A stretch of 24,000 nt of DNA from Geochorda subterranea (GCF_035593265.1 NZ_CP141614.1:2961641-2985640), one strand, 5' to 3'. Positions 14,161-23,558 are shown, counted from the first letter of the stretch. Numbers and translations are program-made. The notes: generated by a model from the letters alone, not told the origin.

Positions 14161-16623
14161 ATGGCCCACCGCCTGGAGGAGGCCATCCGTGCATGGACCC
14201 GAGGTCTTGCCGACGCCGAGCGGCTGGCCGCCGCGCTCGAGCGCGGTCTGGCACTGTCCGGCCCGCCGCCCGGCGATCCCGCTGAGGCAAACACCTTCTG
14301 GGTGCAACTGGCCTGCCACCACCTGCCCCTGCACCCCGACTTCGACCGGCTCGCCGTGCGGGCCGCTCTGTCGGGGCTCTACCGTGAGGCGCTGGCGGCG
14401 AGCCCGGCACCTGACGACGCCGCCGCCCTCTCGCCCGTCTTCGCCCTCGACGCGGCTACCTACCGGAGCGCCTTCGTACACTACATTCGCCAGGGCATCG
14501 AGTTGGGCGAGCTCGACCCCCGCCTCGCGTCCTTCGACCTCGCCCGCCTGGCCCGGCTGGTCGTGCCGGCACGCGACGAGCTCATCCCGTACGCCGGGCT
14601 CGCCACCCTGATGGATCGCTACCTGGTGCGCCACCCGGAGAGCCGGCGGCTGCTGGAGACGCCGCAGTACCTGTGGATGCGGGTGGCCATGGGCCTGGCG
14701 CTGGCCGAGGCACCCGATGCCCGCGACCTCTGGGCGGCCCGCTTCTACCAGCTCATGAGCACGCTCCGCTACGTGCCCAGCACCCCCACCCTCTTCAACG
14801 CGGGCACCACCCATCCCCAGCTCTCCTCGTGCTACCTGTCCGACGTGCTGGACTCCATGGACCACATCCTGGAGTCGGCCACCGACTTCGGCCACCTGGC
14901 CAAGTACGCCGGGGGCATCGGCGCCTCCATCACCAAGCTGCGCTCGGCCGGTTCGCCGGTGCGGGGCATCAACGGCCAGTCGTCGGGCATCGTCCCCTTC
15001 GCGCACATGTACGACGCGCTCATCAAGGCCGTCAGCCAGGGGGGCCGCCGCCGGGGCACGCTGGCCCTCTACCTGGAGCCGTGGCACCTGGAGATCGAGG
15101 CCTTCCTCGACCTCAAGCGCAACGCCGGTGACCCCTACCTGCGCACCCCGAGCCTCGACACGGCCCTGTGGGTGCCCGACGAGTTCCTGCGCCGCGTCGA
15201 GGCCGACGAAGCCTGGTACCTCTTCGACCCGCGCTACGTGCCGGAGCTGCCCGAGCTCTTCGGGCAGGCGTTTGGGGAGGCGTACGAAGCCCGCATCCGC
15301 CAGGCGAGGGCCGGCCAGCTCCCGGCTCGGGCCTTCCGCGAAGTGTGCGCCCGGGGGCTCTTCCGTGAGATCCTGGCCACGCTGCAGGAGACCTCCCACC
15401 CGTGGATCGTCTTCAAGGACGCGGGCAACGCCCGCAGCATGCTGCCGGGCGTCATCCACTCCAGCAACCTCTGCACGGAGATCTTCCTGCCCACGTCGCC
15501 GCAGGAGATCGCCGTCTGCAACCTGGGCAGCGTCAACCTGGCGCGCCACCTGCGGGCGGACCCCGCCGGCCCCGGCCGCCTGCGGGCGGCGGACGTGGAC
15601 TGGCCGGCGCTGCAAGCGACGGTAGAGCTGGCGGTGAGGGCGCTCGACGACGTCATCGACGTCAACTTCTACCCCGTCGACAAGGCCCGCCGCTCCAACC
15701 TGCGCCACCGCCCCGTGGGGCTCGGCATCATGGGCTTCGCCGAGGCCTTCGCCCGGCTCGGGATGGCCTACGGCGACCCGGCGTCGGCCGATCTCGTCGA
15801 CCGAGTGGTGGAGTTCGTCAGCTTCCACGCCATCCGCACCTCGGCGCGGCTGGCCCGGGAGCGAGGGTCCTTCGCAGCCTTCTCGGAGAGCCGGTGGGCG
15901 CAGGGCCGGCTGCCGCTGGACACCCTGGCCGAGCTCCAATCCCACCGGAGGCGCCCCGTCGAGGTGGACCGCAGCGCCCGGCTGCCGTGGGACACCCTGC
16001 GCCCTCTCGTGCGGGGCGGCATGCGCAACGGTACCGTGATGGCCATCGCCCCGACGGCCACCATCAGCCTCGTCGCAGGCACGACGCCCAGCCTCGACCC
16101 CTACTACGCCAACGTCTTCGCCCGCCAGACGCTGTCGGGCAAGTTCATGGAGGTCAACCGGGTGCTGGTCGACGAGCTCGAGGCCCTGAGGCTGTGGGAG
16201 GACGTGCGCGAGCGCATCGTCGCCGAGCGGGGGGACCTGTCGGCCGTCGAGGAGATCCCCGAGCCGGTGCGGCGGCGCTACCCGACGGCCTACCGCATCC
16301 CGCCCGAGGCGTACGTCGAGCTGGCCGCTCGCGCCCAGAAGTGGGTGGACATGGGCATCAGCCGCAACCTCTTCCTGCAGAGCCGGGACCTCGACGCCAT
16401 GGCGGAGGTGTACCTGGCGGCCTGGCGCAAGGGGCTCAAGTCCACGTACTACCTCTTCATGGCACCCCGGATGTACGCGGAACCCTCGACGGTGCAGGTC
16501 AACAAGGCCCGGCGGCGCCCGCGCTGGAGCTTCCTAGAGCCGGCCTCGACCAACGGGCACGGCGCCCCTGGCGAGCACTGCGCCCTCGACGGGGGCGGCC
16601 CGGGGTGCGAGTCGTGCCAGTAG
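14161..16623 (+). CDS. nrdA: ribonucleotide reductase class I alpha subunit (no ATP-cone visible)
   Basis: I chose the ATG at 14161, 10 nt after GAGGAGG. The upstream part of track ORF 14029-16623 is riboswitch RNA. Motifs include STPTLFNAGT, SSCYL, NLCTEI, VCNLGSVNL, PVGLGIMG, a C-terminal STYYL tyrosine pair and a terminal CESC. Confidence 0.9.
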   Translation: MAHRLEEAIRAWTRGLADAERLAAALERGLALSGPPPGDPAEANTFWVQLACHHLPLHPDFDRLAVRAALSGLYREALAASPAPDDAAALSPVFALDAATYRSAFVHYIRQGIELGELDPRLASFDLARLARLVVPARDELIPYAGLATLMDRYLVRHPESRRLLETPQYLWMRVAMGLALAEAPDARDLWAARFYQLMSTLRYVPSTPTLFNAGTTHPQLSSCYLSDVLDSMDHILESATDFGHLAKYAGGIGASITKLRSAGSPVRGINGQSSGIVPFAHMYDALIKAVSQGGRRRGTLALYLEPWHLEIEAFLDLKRNAGDPYLRTPSLDTALWVPDEFLRRVEADEAWYLFDPRYVPELPELFGQAFGEAYEARIRQARAGQLPARAFREVCARGLFREILATLQETSHPWIVFKDAGNARSMLPGVIHSSNLCTEIFLPTSPQEIAVCNLGSVNLARHLRADPAGPGRLRAADVDWPALQATVELAVRALDDVIDVNFYPVDKARRSNLRHRPVGLGIMGFAEAFARLGMAYGDPASADLVDRVVEFVSFHAIRTSARLARERGSFAAFSESRWAQGRLPLDTLAELQSHRRRPVEVDRSARLPWDTLRPLVRGGMRNGTVMAIAPTATISLVAGTTPSLDPYYANVFARQTLSGKFMEVNRVLVDELEALRLWEDVRERIVAERGDLSAVEEIPEPVRRRYPTAYRIPPEAYVELAARAQKWVDMGISRNLFLQSRDLDAMAEVYLAAWRKGLKSTYYLFMAPRMYAEPSTVQVNKARRRPRWSFLEPASTNGHGAPGEHCALDGGGPGCESCQ

Positions 16624-16697
16624 CGGGCGCCGGCAGGCGGCGACCCCGCCCACCGCGCCCACGACCCCTCCATCTCGTCCCGGAGAGGAGCGAGACC

Positions 16698-17723
16698 ATG
16701 GCCCCGACGAGCCGCGAGCTCTCCCCGCTTTTCGCCGGGGATCCCCTCGAGCCCATGCAGCTCTTCCCTCTGCGCTACCCCTGGGCCTACGCCCACGCCC
16801 AGCAGGGCAAGCGCAACACGTGGTTTCCCGAGGAGATCCCCCTGGCCGACGACGTGCGGGACTTCAAGGAGCGTCTCAACGACGAGGAGCGGCGCGCGGT
16901 CGAGCTGCTGTTGGGCTTCTTCAACCCCATGGAGTCGCTGGTCACCCACAACCTCATCCTGGCCATCTACCCGGTCCTGACCGCCCCCGAGGTGCGCCTC
17001 TACCTGGCCCGCCAGGTGTGGGAGGAGGCCAACCACACCATGGCGTTCGAGTACGTGCTCAAGACGCTGCCGGTGGAGCGCCAGCGCGTCTTCGAGGCGC
17101 ACCGCAGCGTGCCGGCGGTGCAGGCCAAGGAGGCCTTCGAGCGGGAGCTGACCCGCCAGTGGCTGGAGCGGCCCGACGTGCGCACCGACGACGGCAAGCG
17201 GGCACTTTTGCGCAACCTGGTGGGCTACTACGTCATCCTGGAGGGCGTCTTCTTCTACGCGGGGTTCCTGACGTTCTACAGCTTTCGCCGGCGCAACCTG
17301 TTGCGGGGGCTCGCCTCGCTCATCGACTGGGTGCTCAAGGACGAGAGCCTGCACCTCTCCTTCGGCATCCACCTCATCACCACGCTGCTGGAGGAGCATC
17401 CGCACCTCATGACCGCGCCCTTCGCCCGGGAGCTGGAGCGCCTCATCCTCCGGGCCGTCGAGCTGGAGCGCGACTACAACCAGGCCCTGGTGTCCCGCCC
17501 CATCCTGGGGGTGAGCGCCGAGACCCTCAACGCCTACGTGGAGTACGTGACGGACCGGCGGCTGGAGGAGCTGGGGCTGGGGGCGCGCTTCGGCACGCCC
17601 AACCCAGCCCGGTGGATGGCCGTCGAGGTGGACGTGCCCGAGATCGTCAACTTCTTCGAGGCGACCAACACGTCATACGAGGTGGCGGCACGCCGGGAGC
17701 CGGGAGCGGATGCGGTCGGATGA
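16698..17723 (+). CDS. nrdB: ribonucleotide reductase beta subunit, class Ic (R2c, Mn/Fe-type) signature
   Basis: The ATG at 16698 follows GGAGAGGAG. Metal-site motifs are FFNPMESLV (Glu where class Ia has Asp), EEANHTMAF (Phe at the radical-Tyr position), VILEGVFFYAGF and KDESLHLSFG. It closely parallels my recollection of the Chlamydia trachomatis R2c sequence (FFSTAESLV, EEAVHTHTF, IIMEGIFFYSGF, RDETIHLNFG). Confidence 0.85.
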   Translation: MAPTSRELSPLFAGDPLEPMQLFPLRYPWAYAHAQQGKRNTWFPEEIPLADDVRDFKERLNDEERRAVELLLGFFNPMESLVTHNLILAIYPVLTAPEVRLYLARQVWEEANHTMAFEYVLKTLPVERQRVFEAHRSVPAVQAKEAFERELTRQWLERPDVRTDDGKRALLRNLVGYYVILEGVFFYAGFLTFYSFRRRNLLRGLASLIDWVLKDESLHLSFGIHLITTLLEEHPHLMTAPFARELERLILRAVELERDYNQALVSRPILGVSAETLNAYVEYVTDRRLEELGLGARFGTPNPARWMAVEVDVPEIVNFFEATNTSYEVAARREPGADAVG

Positions 17724-17746
17724 GCCGGTCCCGACGAGGCTCCGGG

Positions 17747-18385
17747 CTATGGGGCCTCCAGCGTCACAGGGGAATCGCGCGCTCGGGTATCGCTCGCCAC
17801 GGCGGCCACCGCCTGTAGCCACGCTTCGGCCTGTGTCGGCGAGCGCAGGCGGATGGCGCGCAGGTGCTGGTATTCGGGGCGGGCCAGGAGCTCGGCGTAC
17901 TCGCGCCGCCGACGGCGATAGGTCTTGAGCGCCCACAGGATGATGGAGTCGGCCGTGAAGAGCCGCCACAGCGACTCCCGGTTGCCGCTCCAGAGGCGCT
18001 CTCGCAGGAAGACGCGACGGGCCGTCCGACGCAGCAGGCGCCCCAGGATGACGGGTAGCGGATAGTCGAGCCAGACGACGGTGTCGGCCACCGGCCAGAC
18101 GATGTCCCGCACGCGGGTAAAGTTGCCGTCGACCACCCAGCAGCGGCCGCTGGTCGCCTCGTGGACCCGATGCCGAAACACCGCGTCGGGCGCCGGCGTC
18201 CAGTCGGGCCCCCAGTGCAGTGCGTCGAGCTCGACGTGCACGTACCCGAGGGCACGTGCGAGGCGCCGGGCCGTGGTGGTCTTGCCCGACCCGGACGTCC
18301 CCACGACGAGGATGCGCCGGCCCGGCATCCGCATGGCGTCCGGCCCGTTCTCGGCAGGCGCTCGCCGTCCAGCGTCGCGTCGCAT
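17747..18385 (-). CDS. P-loop NTPase, adenylate-kinase / topology-modulation (FlaR)-like
   Basis: Walker A reads ILVVGTSGSGKTTTARRLA, followed by WVVDGNF and VVWLDYP. The start is uncertain: the ATG at 18385 directly follows GGGGAGGAG, and alternatives are 18334 and 18328. It is convergent with nrdB, with a 23-nt gap. Confidence 0.75.
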   Translation of the reverse strand: MRRDAGRRAPAENGPDAMRMPGRRILVVGTSGSGKTTTARRLARALGYVHVELDALHWGPDWTPAPDAVFRHRVHEATSGRCWVVDGNFTRVRDIVWPVADTVVWLDYPLPVILGRLLRRTARRVFLRERLWSGNRESLWRLFTADSIILWALKTYRRRRREYAELLARPEYQHLRAIRLRSPTQAEAWLQAVAAVASDTRARDSPVTLEAP

Positions 18386-18593
18386 GCTCCTCCCCACCCG
18401 GGCGCCCCCTCTGCCAACCCGGACGGCGGGTCTCGGTCATGGGCTCCGGCCTGTCTTCGCCCCGTCATCGTACACCAGGCTGGCGGCGGGCGCATGGGGC
18501 CCCCCACCTCGGGCGCCGCGAGCCGAGTTACGTGCTGCGGGCGGTGCTACAATGGACGCATGGCGGGTGGCGAGTCGAGGGAGGCGGGACGTC

Positions 18594-19292
18594 GTGGAGG
18601 CTGTGCCTGCGGAGATGCTGCGACTCTGCAAGGTGTGGGCGCAGGGCAGGTTGGCCTCCGCTTACTACCTCGCCGGCGGCACGGCTCTGGCACTCCAGTT
18701 AGGTCACCGCACGTCCGTTGACCTCGATTGGTTCTCACGACAGCCGGATGAGCGCATACCGGTTCGCACCATCGCCCATGAACTGGAACATCTGTTTGGG
18801 CGCGGCCGGATCCAGCCCATCCAGCGTCAGATCGACCAGGCGACCTGGCTCATATGCAACGTGCGCTTCACCGTACTCGCCTACCCGTTCCCGTTGCTGG
18901 ATTCACTGGTGCCGGGCAAGCAGGTTCACCGCGACCTTGAGGGGGTGTGGCTTGCATCTCCCCGAGAGATCGCGTGGATGAAGGCCGATGCGCTGGGCAG
19001 GCGCGCGTCGTTTCGTGACTACGTGGATCTCTACTTCCTCCTGAGTCGGGGCGTGATCTCCCTCAAGGAGATCGTCGACGGGGCCTCCCGCAAGTTCGTG
19101 TTGCAGGGCCGGTCATTGTTCAACGGGCGCCTGTTCCTCGAGCAGCTCGTCTATCTGGGGGACCTGGAGGACGTCGACGTCACCCTGCGGCTGGTCGGGG
19201 ACCCGCTGTCCCCCGACCAGATCCAGGCCTACCTGCGAGAAGAGGTCGCTGCCTACGTGCGTCGCGAGGTCGAAAGGGGGCCAGCCTCCTGA
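18594..19292 (+). CDS. AbiEii/AbiGii-family nucleotidyltransferase (type IV TA toxin-like, DUF1814)
   Basis: The hallmark N-terminal motif is YYLAGGTALALQLGHRTSVDLDWF. The rest is of the length expected for an AbiEii-type protein, and I matched no further motifs. The GTG at 18594 sits 9 nt after GAGGGAGG. The in-frame ATG at 18552 lies immediately after an extended -10-like TGCTACAAT (18543-18551) and is therefore less likely to be the start. Confidence 0.75.
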   Translation: MEAVPAEMLRLCKVWAQGRLASAYYLAGGTALALQLGHRTSVDLDWFSRQPDERIPVRTIAHELEHLFGRGRIQPIQRQIDQATWLICNVRFTVLAYPFPLLDSLVPGKQVHRDLEGVWLASPREIAWMKADALGRRASFRDYVDLYFLLSRGVISLKEIVDGASRKFVLQGRSLFNGRLFLEQLVYLGDLEDVDVTLRLVGDPLSPDQIQAYLREEVAAYVRREVERGPAS

Positions 19293-19636
19293 TGCGGCCC
19301 CTCCCCGGGAATCTGGCCTCATTGTTTCATCGCCAGGACCCCTCCACCATCGACCTCGACCGTCACGCCGGACTGGTCATCCGCACCGTCCTTGCAGAAG
19401 GCGACTGGGATCAGGTGCGGTGGCTGTTTCGCGAGTACGGTTGGGAGCGGATCCGGCAGGTCGTGGTGGCCGACCACCAGGGCTTGCGCGCATTGCCCGA
19501 GCCAACGCGCCGGCTCTGGCTGGCCGTCTTCGCTGAAACGCCGCAGGCCCAGGCAGGCGAAGGGGAGAGCAGTGACCCCATCGAGCGCTGGGCCTGTCGT
19601 CGGCTCCCGCCGGGTGCGAGACCGAGACCGGGCTGA
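19292..19636 (+). CDS. small uncharacterised protein translationally coupled to the AbiEii-like gene
   Basis: 114-aa ORF whose ATG overlaps the upstream TGA (TGATG). The protein-like N-terminal two thirds read DPSTIDLDRHAGLVIRTVLAEGDWDQVRWLFREYGWERIRQVV. The C-terminal third is low-complexity. Confidence 0.55.
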   Translation: MRPLPGNLASLFHRQDPSTIDLDRHAGLVIRTVLAEGDWDQVRWLFREYGWERIRQVVVADHQGLRALPEPTRRLWLAVFAETPQAQAGEGESSDPIERWACRRLPPGARPRPG

Positions 19637-19794
19637 GTCCCGCAGCTGAGCAGGGGCGAAACCAGACCAGAAGGGGGATGCCTGCCGTGGTCACCAGCGG
19701 CCAGATCGTCCTCGGGCTCCTGCTCGTGGGAATCGGCGGGTCATGAAGGCGCTGCCCCGCGTCTCATGGGGTCGCGAAATGAGAGCCTACGGCG

Positions 19795-20481
19795 TCAAGG
19801 CCCGCGTCGTGGCCTCCGCACGGCTTTCGCAAGGCCTACGGCCCCCCGTCCCACGAGCCGCAGGCCCAATCCGGCCGCCCGCAGCCCAAGGCGGGCCGTC
19901 CAGAGCCCGGCCCTGACGCCCTGTCGGGCCAAGAGACCCAGGGCGGCACGTACCCGGGCGATATCATCTTCCAGGGTGGACGGATCGAGGCCGACCGCCC
20001 GCAGGTGAGCCTCCCGCGAGGCCGCCGGCAGCGCGCCGAGGGCCGAGCGCAACGCGTAGAGCAGGGCAAGCAGGTCGTCGAGCTGGCCTGCGCCGGGCAC
20101 GAAGCCTGGCACGAGATCGACCGGCGACAGCGAGTAGGCGAGGCCGCCGATCAGCAGCGCCTTGCGGGCGCGGGAGAGCGCCGGCTCGCGCCACAGTGCC
20201 CAGGCGAGCCTTCCGTAGGCAGGCACCCGGCCGAGCACCGGCGCCACCAGCGCCCCGATCTCGCTCAGCCAGCCTCGCGTGGATGGCGTCTGACCCTTGG
20301 CCTGCCCTACTGATCCGGCCTCCACAGTCTCCACGTAATCCAGACACCTCGTGGCCGGCACCATTTCGCCGTCTAGCGGGGCAGGGCCTTCGGCAGCCAG
20401 GGGCTGATCACCCCCCTTCCCGCCGCCACTCGCACGGTCATTGCGCTCCAGCATGACCCTCGCCGACGGGCCCTGCAGCAA
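19795..20481 (-). CDS. DUF1232 (YkvA-like) membrane protein
   Basis: The signature GGLAYSLSPVDLVPGFVPGAGQLDDLLALLYAL is present. The start is uncertain: TTG at 20481 after AGAGGT, or ATG at 20453. Confidence 0.7.
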   Translation of the reverse strand: MLQGPSARVMLERNDRASGGGKGGDQPLAAEGPAPLDGEMVPATRCLDYVETVEAGSVGQAKGQTPSTRGWLSEIGALVAPVLGRVPAYGRLAWALWREPALSRARKALLIGGLAYSLSPVDLVPGFVPGAGQLDDLLALLYALRSALGALPAASREAHLRAVGLDPSTLEDDIARVRAALGLLARQGVRAGLWTARLGLRAAGLGLRLVGRGAVGLAKAVRRPRRGP

Positions 20482-20618
20482 ACGCTTACCTCTGCATCGG
20501 CAGGAGCGGGTGCCCCGGGGCGAGTAACAACGGTCTAGACCACGGGCCGGCAGCCATCCGGGATCGCCGCCGGTCGCGGGCCCTCGAAGACGACGTCCTG
20601 GAGAGGGGACGAGCGGGC

Positions 20619-22451
20619 ATGGTGCGTCCAGGAGTTGGCGGGCCTATGAGAGCGCTATCGAGACGTCTCCAGATGGCAGAGGTGCGCCTGGCGCTGGTAG
20701 CGGTGGTGTTGGCGTCCCTCGTCGGGACGTGGGTGACGGCGGCGGCCGCGGGCCAGCCCGGCCCCAACCCCCCGTGGCTCGCTCCGATGTTCCAGGAGAT
20801 TGGCCAGCACGGCGGCACCCTGACCCTGGCGCTGGGTGACAGCCCTCAGACCTTCAACTACTACGCCGTGCTGGACGGCAACGCGCAGACCGTCCTCAAC
20901 AACGTCTTCGACCGCCTGTTCAGCCTCGACCCCGTCACGGGCGAGCTCGTGCCCAACCTGGTGGAGCGGTACGAGTTCTCGTCGGATGGGCTGGTGCTCA
21001 CGGCCTACCTGCGGCCGGGCATCCGCTGGTCCGACGGCCAGCCGCTGACCGCCGACGACGTGGTCTTCACCTTCGAGGAGCTGGCCGCCAATACCGGGCT
21101 GCGAGCCAACCAATCGGCGACGCTGACCATCGCGGGCCAGCGCCTGCGCTTTCGCAAGGTGGACGACCTGACCTTCCAGGTGCTCCTGCCGGCCCGCTAC
21201 GGCGCCGTCTTGCAGGCGCTCTCCTTCTCGCCGGTGCTGCCCAAGCACAAGCTCGCGCCCTACGACCCCATCGGCAAGCCGGAGGAGTTCGGGCGGGTCT
21301 GGTCGACGGACTGGGACCTCTCCGACATCGTGGGGACCGGGCCCTTCGTCCTGGCCGACTACCGACCCGGCCAGAAGGTGACCCTGGTGCGCAACCCCCA
21401 CTCCTGGCGGCGCGATCCCCAGGGCAACGTCCTGCCCTACGTCGATCGGCTGGAGTACGTCATCATCCGGGACCCCAACCAGCAGATGGCCCAGTTCCTC
21501 TCCGGGCAGCTCGACGTGCTGTCGCTCAGCGGCTCCCAGTATCCCGACATGAAGCGCCGCGAGCTGGCCGGGGCCGGATTCGTCGCCCTGGCGGGGCGCG
21601 GGCTCTATGGCGTACCGTCCACCATCCACTGGGGCTTCAACTACGACGAGCCCGAGCCGGTGCTCCGGGAACTCTTCCGGGACGTGCGCTTCCGACAGGC
21701 CATGCAGGCGGCGCTCAACCGGCAGCGGATCATCGATGACGTCTTCAACGGACTGGCATCGCTACCCGGTCACGGCGTGCCGCCCAACACGTTCTTCTGG
21801 CGGGACACCACCGCCTACCTGGGCACGTACGACCTCGGCCGGGCCGCCGCCCTGCTGGACGAGATCGGGCTCCCCATGGGAAGCGACGGCGTGCGCCGCA
21901 TGAAGGACGGACGGCCGCTGCGCTTCACCCTGACGTACGGCAGCGACTCCACGACGTATCCCGGCATCGCCACCATCCTGCAGAACGACCTGGCATCCAT
22001 CGGGGTGCGTATCGACTTGCAGGGCTTGCCGTTCAGCACCGTCTTCCAGACGGCGCTGTCGGGCAACTTCCAGTCCATCTTGATGGCCTACGGTGACCAA
22101 CCGGATCCGCAGCTTCGCAAGGACATCTGGCAGCCCGGCACCTCCCTGCACTACTGGCACCGCTCGGTGCAACCCGCCCGGGAGGGGGAGACGCCCCGGC
22201 TCGAGCTGATGTTCGACTGGGAGCGGCGCATCTACGACCTCTTCCAGCAGGCGGAGGTGACCGACGACCAGGAGCTGCGCCGGCAGCTGTATGGGGAGTG
22301 GCAGGAGATCTCCGCCCGAAACGTGGAGGTCGTCATGGTCGTCAAGCCCGGCGTGGCCACGGCAGCCTGGAAGCGTGTCGGCAACGTCTTCGTCCACCCC
22401 GAGGCACAACTCATCCTGTGGAGCAACATGACCGTCTTCAAGCGGCCGTAG
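20619..22451 (+). CDS. ABC transporter substrate-binding protein, family 5 (peptide/nickel, DppA/OppA-like)
   Basis: 610-aa ORF with GGAGAGGGGA 9 nt upstream, a signal-like VAVVLASLVGTWVTAAAAG, and features typical of family 5 (WSDGQPLTADDVVFTF, GTGPFVLADYRPGQKVTLVRN). Confidence 0.9.
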   Translation: MVRPGVGGPMRALSRRLQMAEVRLALVAVVLASLVGTWVTAAAAGQPGPNPPWLAPMFQEIGQHGGTLTLALGDSPQTFNYYAVLDGNAQTVLNNVFDRLFSLDPVTGELVPNLVERYEFSSDGLVLTAYLRPGIRWSDGQPLTADDVVFTFEELAANTGLRANQSATLTIAGQRLRFRKVDDLTFQVLLPARYGAVLQALSFSPVLPKHKLAPYDPIGKPEEFGRVWSTDWDLSDIVGTGPFVLADYRPGQKVTLVRNPHSWRRDPQGNVLPYVDRLEYVIIRDPNQQMAQFLSGQLDVLSLSGSQYPDMKRRELAGAGFVALAGRGLYGVPSTIHWGFNYDEPEPVLRELFRDVRFRQAMQAALNRQRIIDDVFNGLASLPGHGVPPNTFFWRDTTAYLGTYDLGRAAALLDEIGLPMGSDGVRRMKDGRPLRFTLTYGSDSTTYPGIATILQNDLASIGVRIDLQGLPFSTVFQTALSGNFQSILMAYGDQPDPQLRKDIWQPGTSLHYWHRSVQPAREGETPRLELMFDWERRIYDLFQQAEVTDDQELRRQLYGEWQEISARNVEVVMVVKPGVATAAWKRVGNVFVHPEAQLILWSNMTVFKRP

Positions 22452-22467
22452 CGGCCGCGCCAGATCA

Positions 22468-22533
22468 GGTGCCCGGCCGGGAGCGCCCCAGCCCCGATAC
22501 CCGTCAAGGGTGGGCCGCCACCCGCCGGGCACC
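22468..22533 (+). other. nested intercistronic stem-loop between the binding-protein and permease genes
   Basis: The outer perfect 10-bp stem pairs GGTGCCCGGC (22468-22477) with GCCGGGCACC (22524-22533). The inner hairpin is GGGTGG-gccg-CCACCC (22508-22523). There is no U-tract. Confidence 0.5.
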
Positions 22534-22573
22534 CTCTTCCACTCGGTGACGGCAGGTAGGAGGATGCCGGGTC

Positions 22574-23545
22574 TTGCGAGCGTTCGTCATCCACCGAGTG
22601 TTGCTGGCCCTGTTGGTCCTGTGGATCAGCTCGGCCATCTCCTTCCTCATCATCAAGATGCAGCCGGGCGACTTCCTCACCCAGTACCTCGATGACCCCC
22701 GCATCAGCCCCGAGACCGTCGAGCGCGTGCGCGTCCAGCTCGGCCTGGACCAGCCTCTCTACCTCCAGTACGGACGCTGGCTGTGGGGCATCGTCAGCCG
22801 TGGCGACTTCGGGTACTCCTTCGTCACCAACCGCCCCGTCGTCTCCATGATCTGGGAGCGGATGGGGTGGACGGTGGCCGTGGCTGGTGCCACCTTCGTC
22901 TTCAGCTGGTGCGTCGCCATCCCACTGGGGATCCTGGCGGCTGTGCGCAGGAGCACGGGGGCCGAGCTGGCGGTCAAGGGCGTCACCTACCTGGCGCACG
23001 CCGTGCCGGACTTTCTCGCCGCCCTGCTGCTGGTCTGGCTGGCGCTGCAGATGGGCATGACGAGCGTCGGAGGACTCTTCAGCCCGCGCTACATCGACGC
23101 TCCATGGAGCCTGGCCAAGCTGCGCGACATGCTGGCGCACCTCTGGATCCCGCTCATCGCCATCGGCTTCCACGGGGTGGCGGGGCTCATGCGCCTCACG
23201 CGGGCCAACATCCTGGACGTGCTGGGGGCCGACTTCGTGCGAACGGCTCGGGCCAAGGGCCTCGGGGAGCGGAGCGTGTTGTACCGACATGTGCTGAGGA
23301 ATGCCATCAACCCGCTCATCAGCCTGGCGGGCCTGAGCCTGCCCTACCTGATCAACGGCACCATCATCAGCTCCATCGTCCTCAACCTGCCGACCATCGG
23401 GCCCATGCTCTACGACGCGCTGGTCAACAAGGACCAGTACCTGGCCATGACGCTGCTGCTCTTCTCCAGCCTCATGCTCATCGTGGGCAACCTGCTGGCC
23501 GACATCGCGCTGGCATGGGCAGACCCGCGCGTGCGCTACGACTAG
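22574..23545 (+). CDS. ABC transporter permease, DppB/OppB-like
   Basis: 323-aa ORF with a TTG start 9 nt after GGTAGGAGGA. The N-terminus is typical (VIHRVLLALLVLWISSAISFLIIKMQPGDF) and the EAA-type loop reads VRTARAKGLGERSVLYRHVLRNAINPLIS. Confidence 0.9.
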   Translation: MRAFVIHRVLLALLVLWISSAISFLIIKMQPGDFLTQYLDDPRISPETVERVRVQLGLDQPLYLQYGRWLWGIVSRGDFGYSFVTNRPVVSMIWERMGWTVAVAGATFVFSWCVAIPLGILAAVRRSTGAELAVKGVTYLAHAVPDFLAALLLVWLALQMGMTSVGGLFSPRYIDAPWSLAKLRDMLAHLWIPLIAIGFHGVAGLMRLTRANILDVLGADFVRTARAKGLGERSVLYRHVLRNAINPLISLAGLSLPYLINGTIISSIVLNLPTIGPMLYDALVNKDQYLAMTLLLFSSLMLIVGNLLADIALAWADPRVRYD

Positions 23546-23558
23546 AGGGTGGGGCTAC

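Noticed and set aside
13786-15945. 719-aa minus-strand ORF, the longest in that region
   Set aside because: It is antisense to a clearly recognisable nrdA. Its composition is Arg/Gly/Ala/Pro-rich with no motifs, as expected for a high-GC shadow ORF. The same reasoning removes 2188-3174(-), 6172-7386(-), 12302-13318(-), 16449-17405(-), 20655-21629(-), 22232-23290(-) and 15402-16697(+).
19678-19746. 22-codon hydrophobic mini-ORF (MPAVVTSGQIVLGLLLVGIGGS)
   Set aside because: The purine-rich stretch abuts the ATG with no spacer. The ORF is too short to evaluate, so I did not call it.
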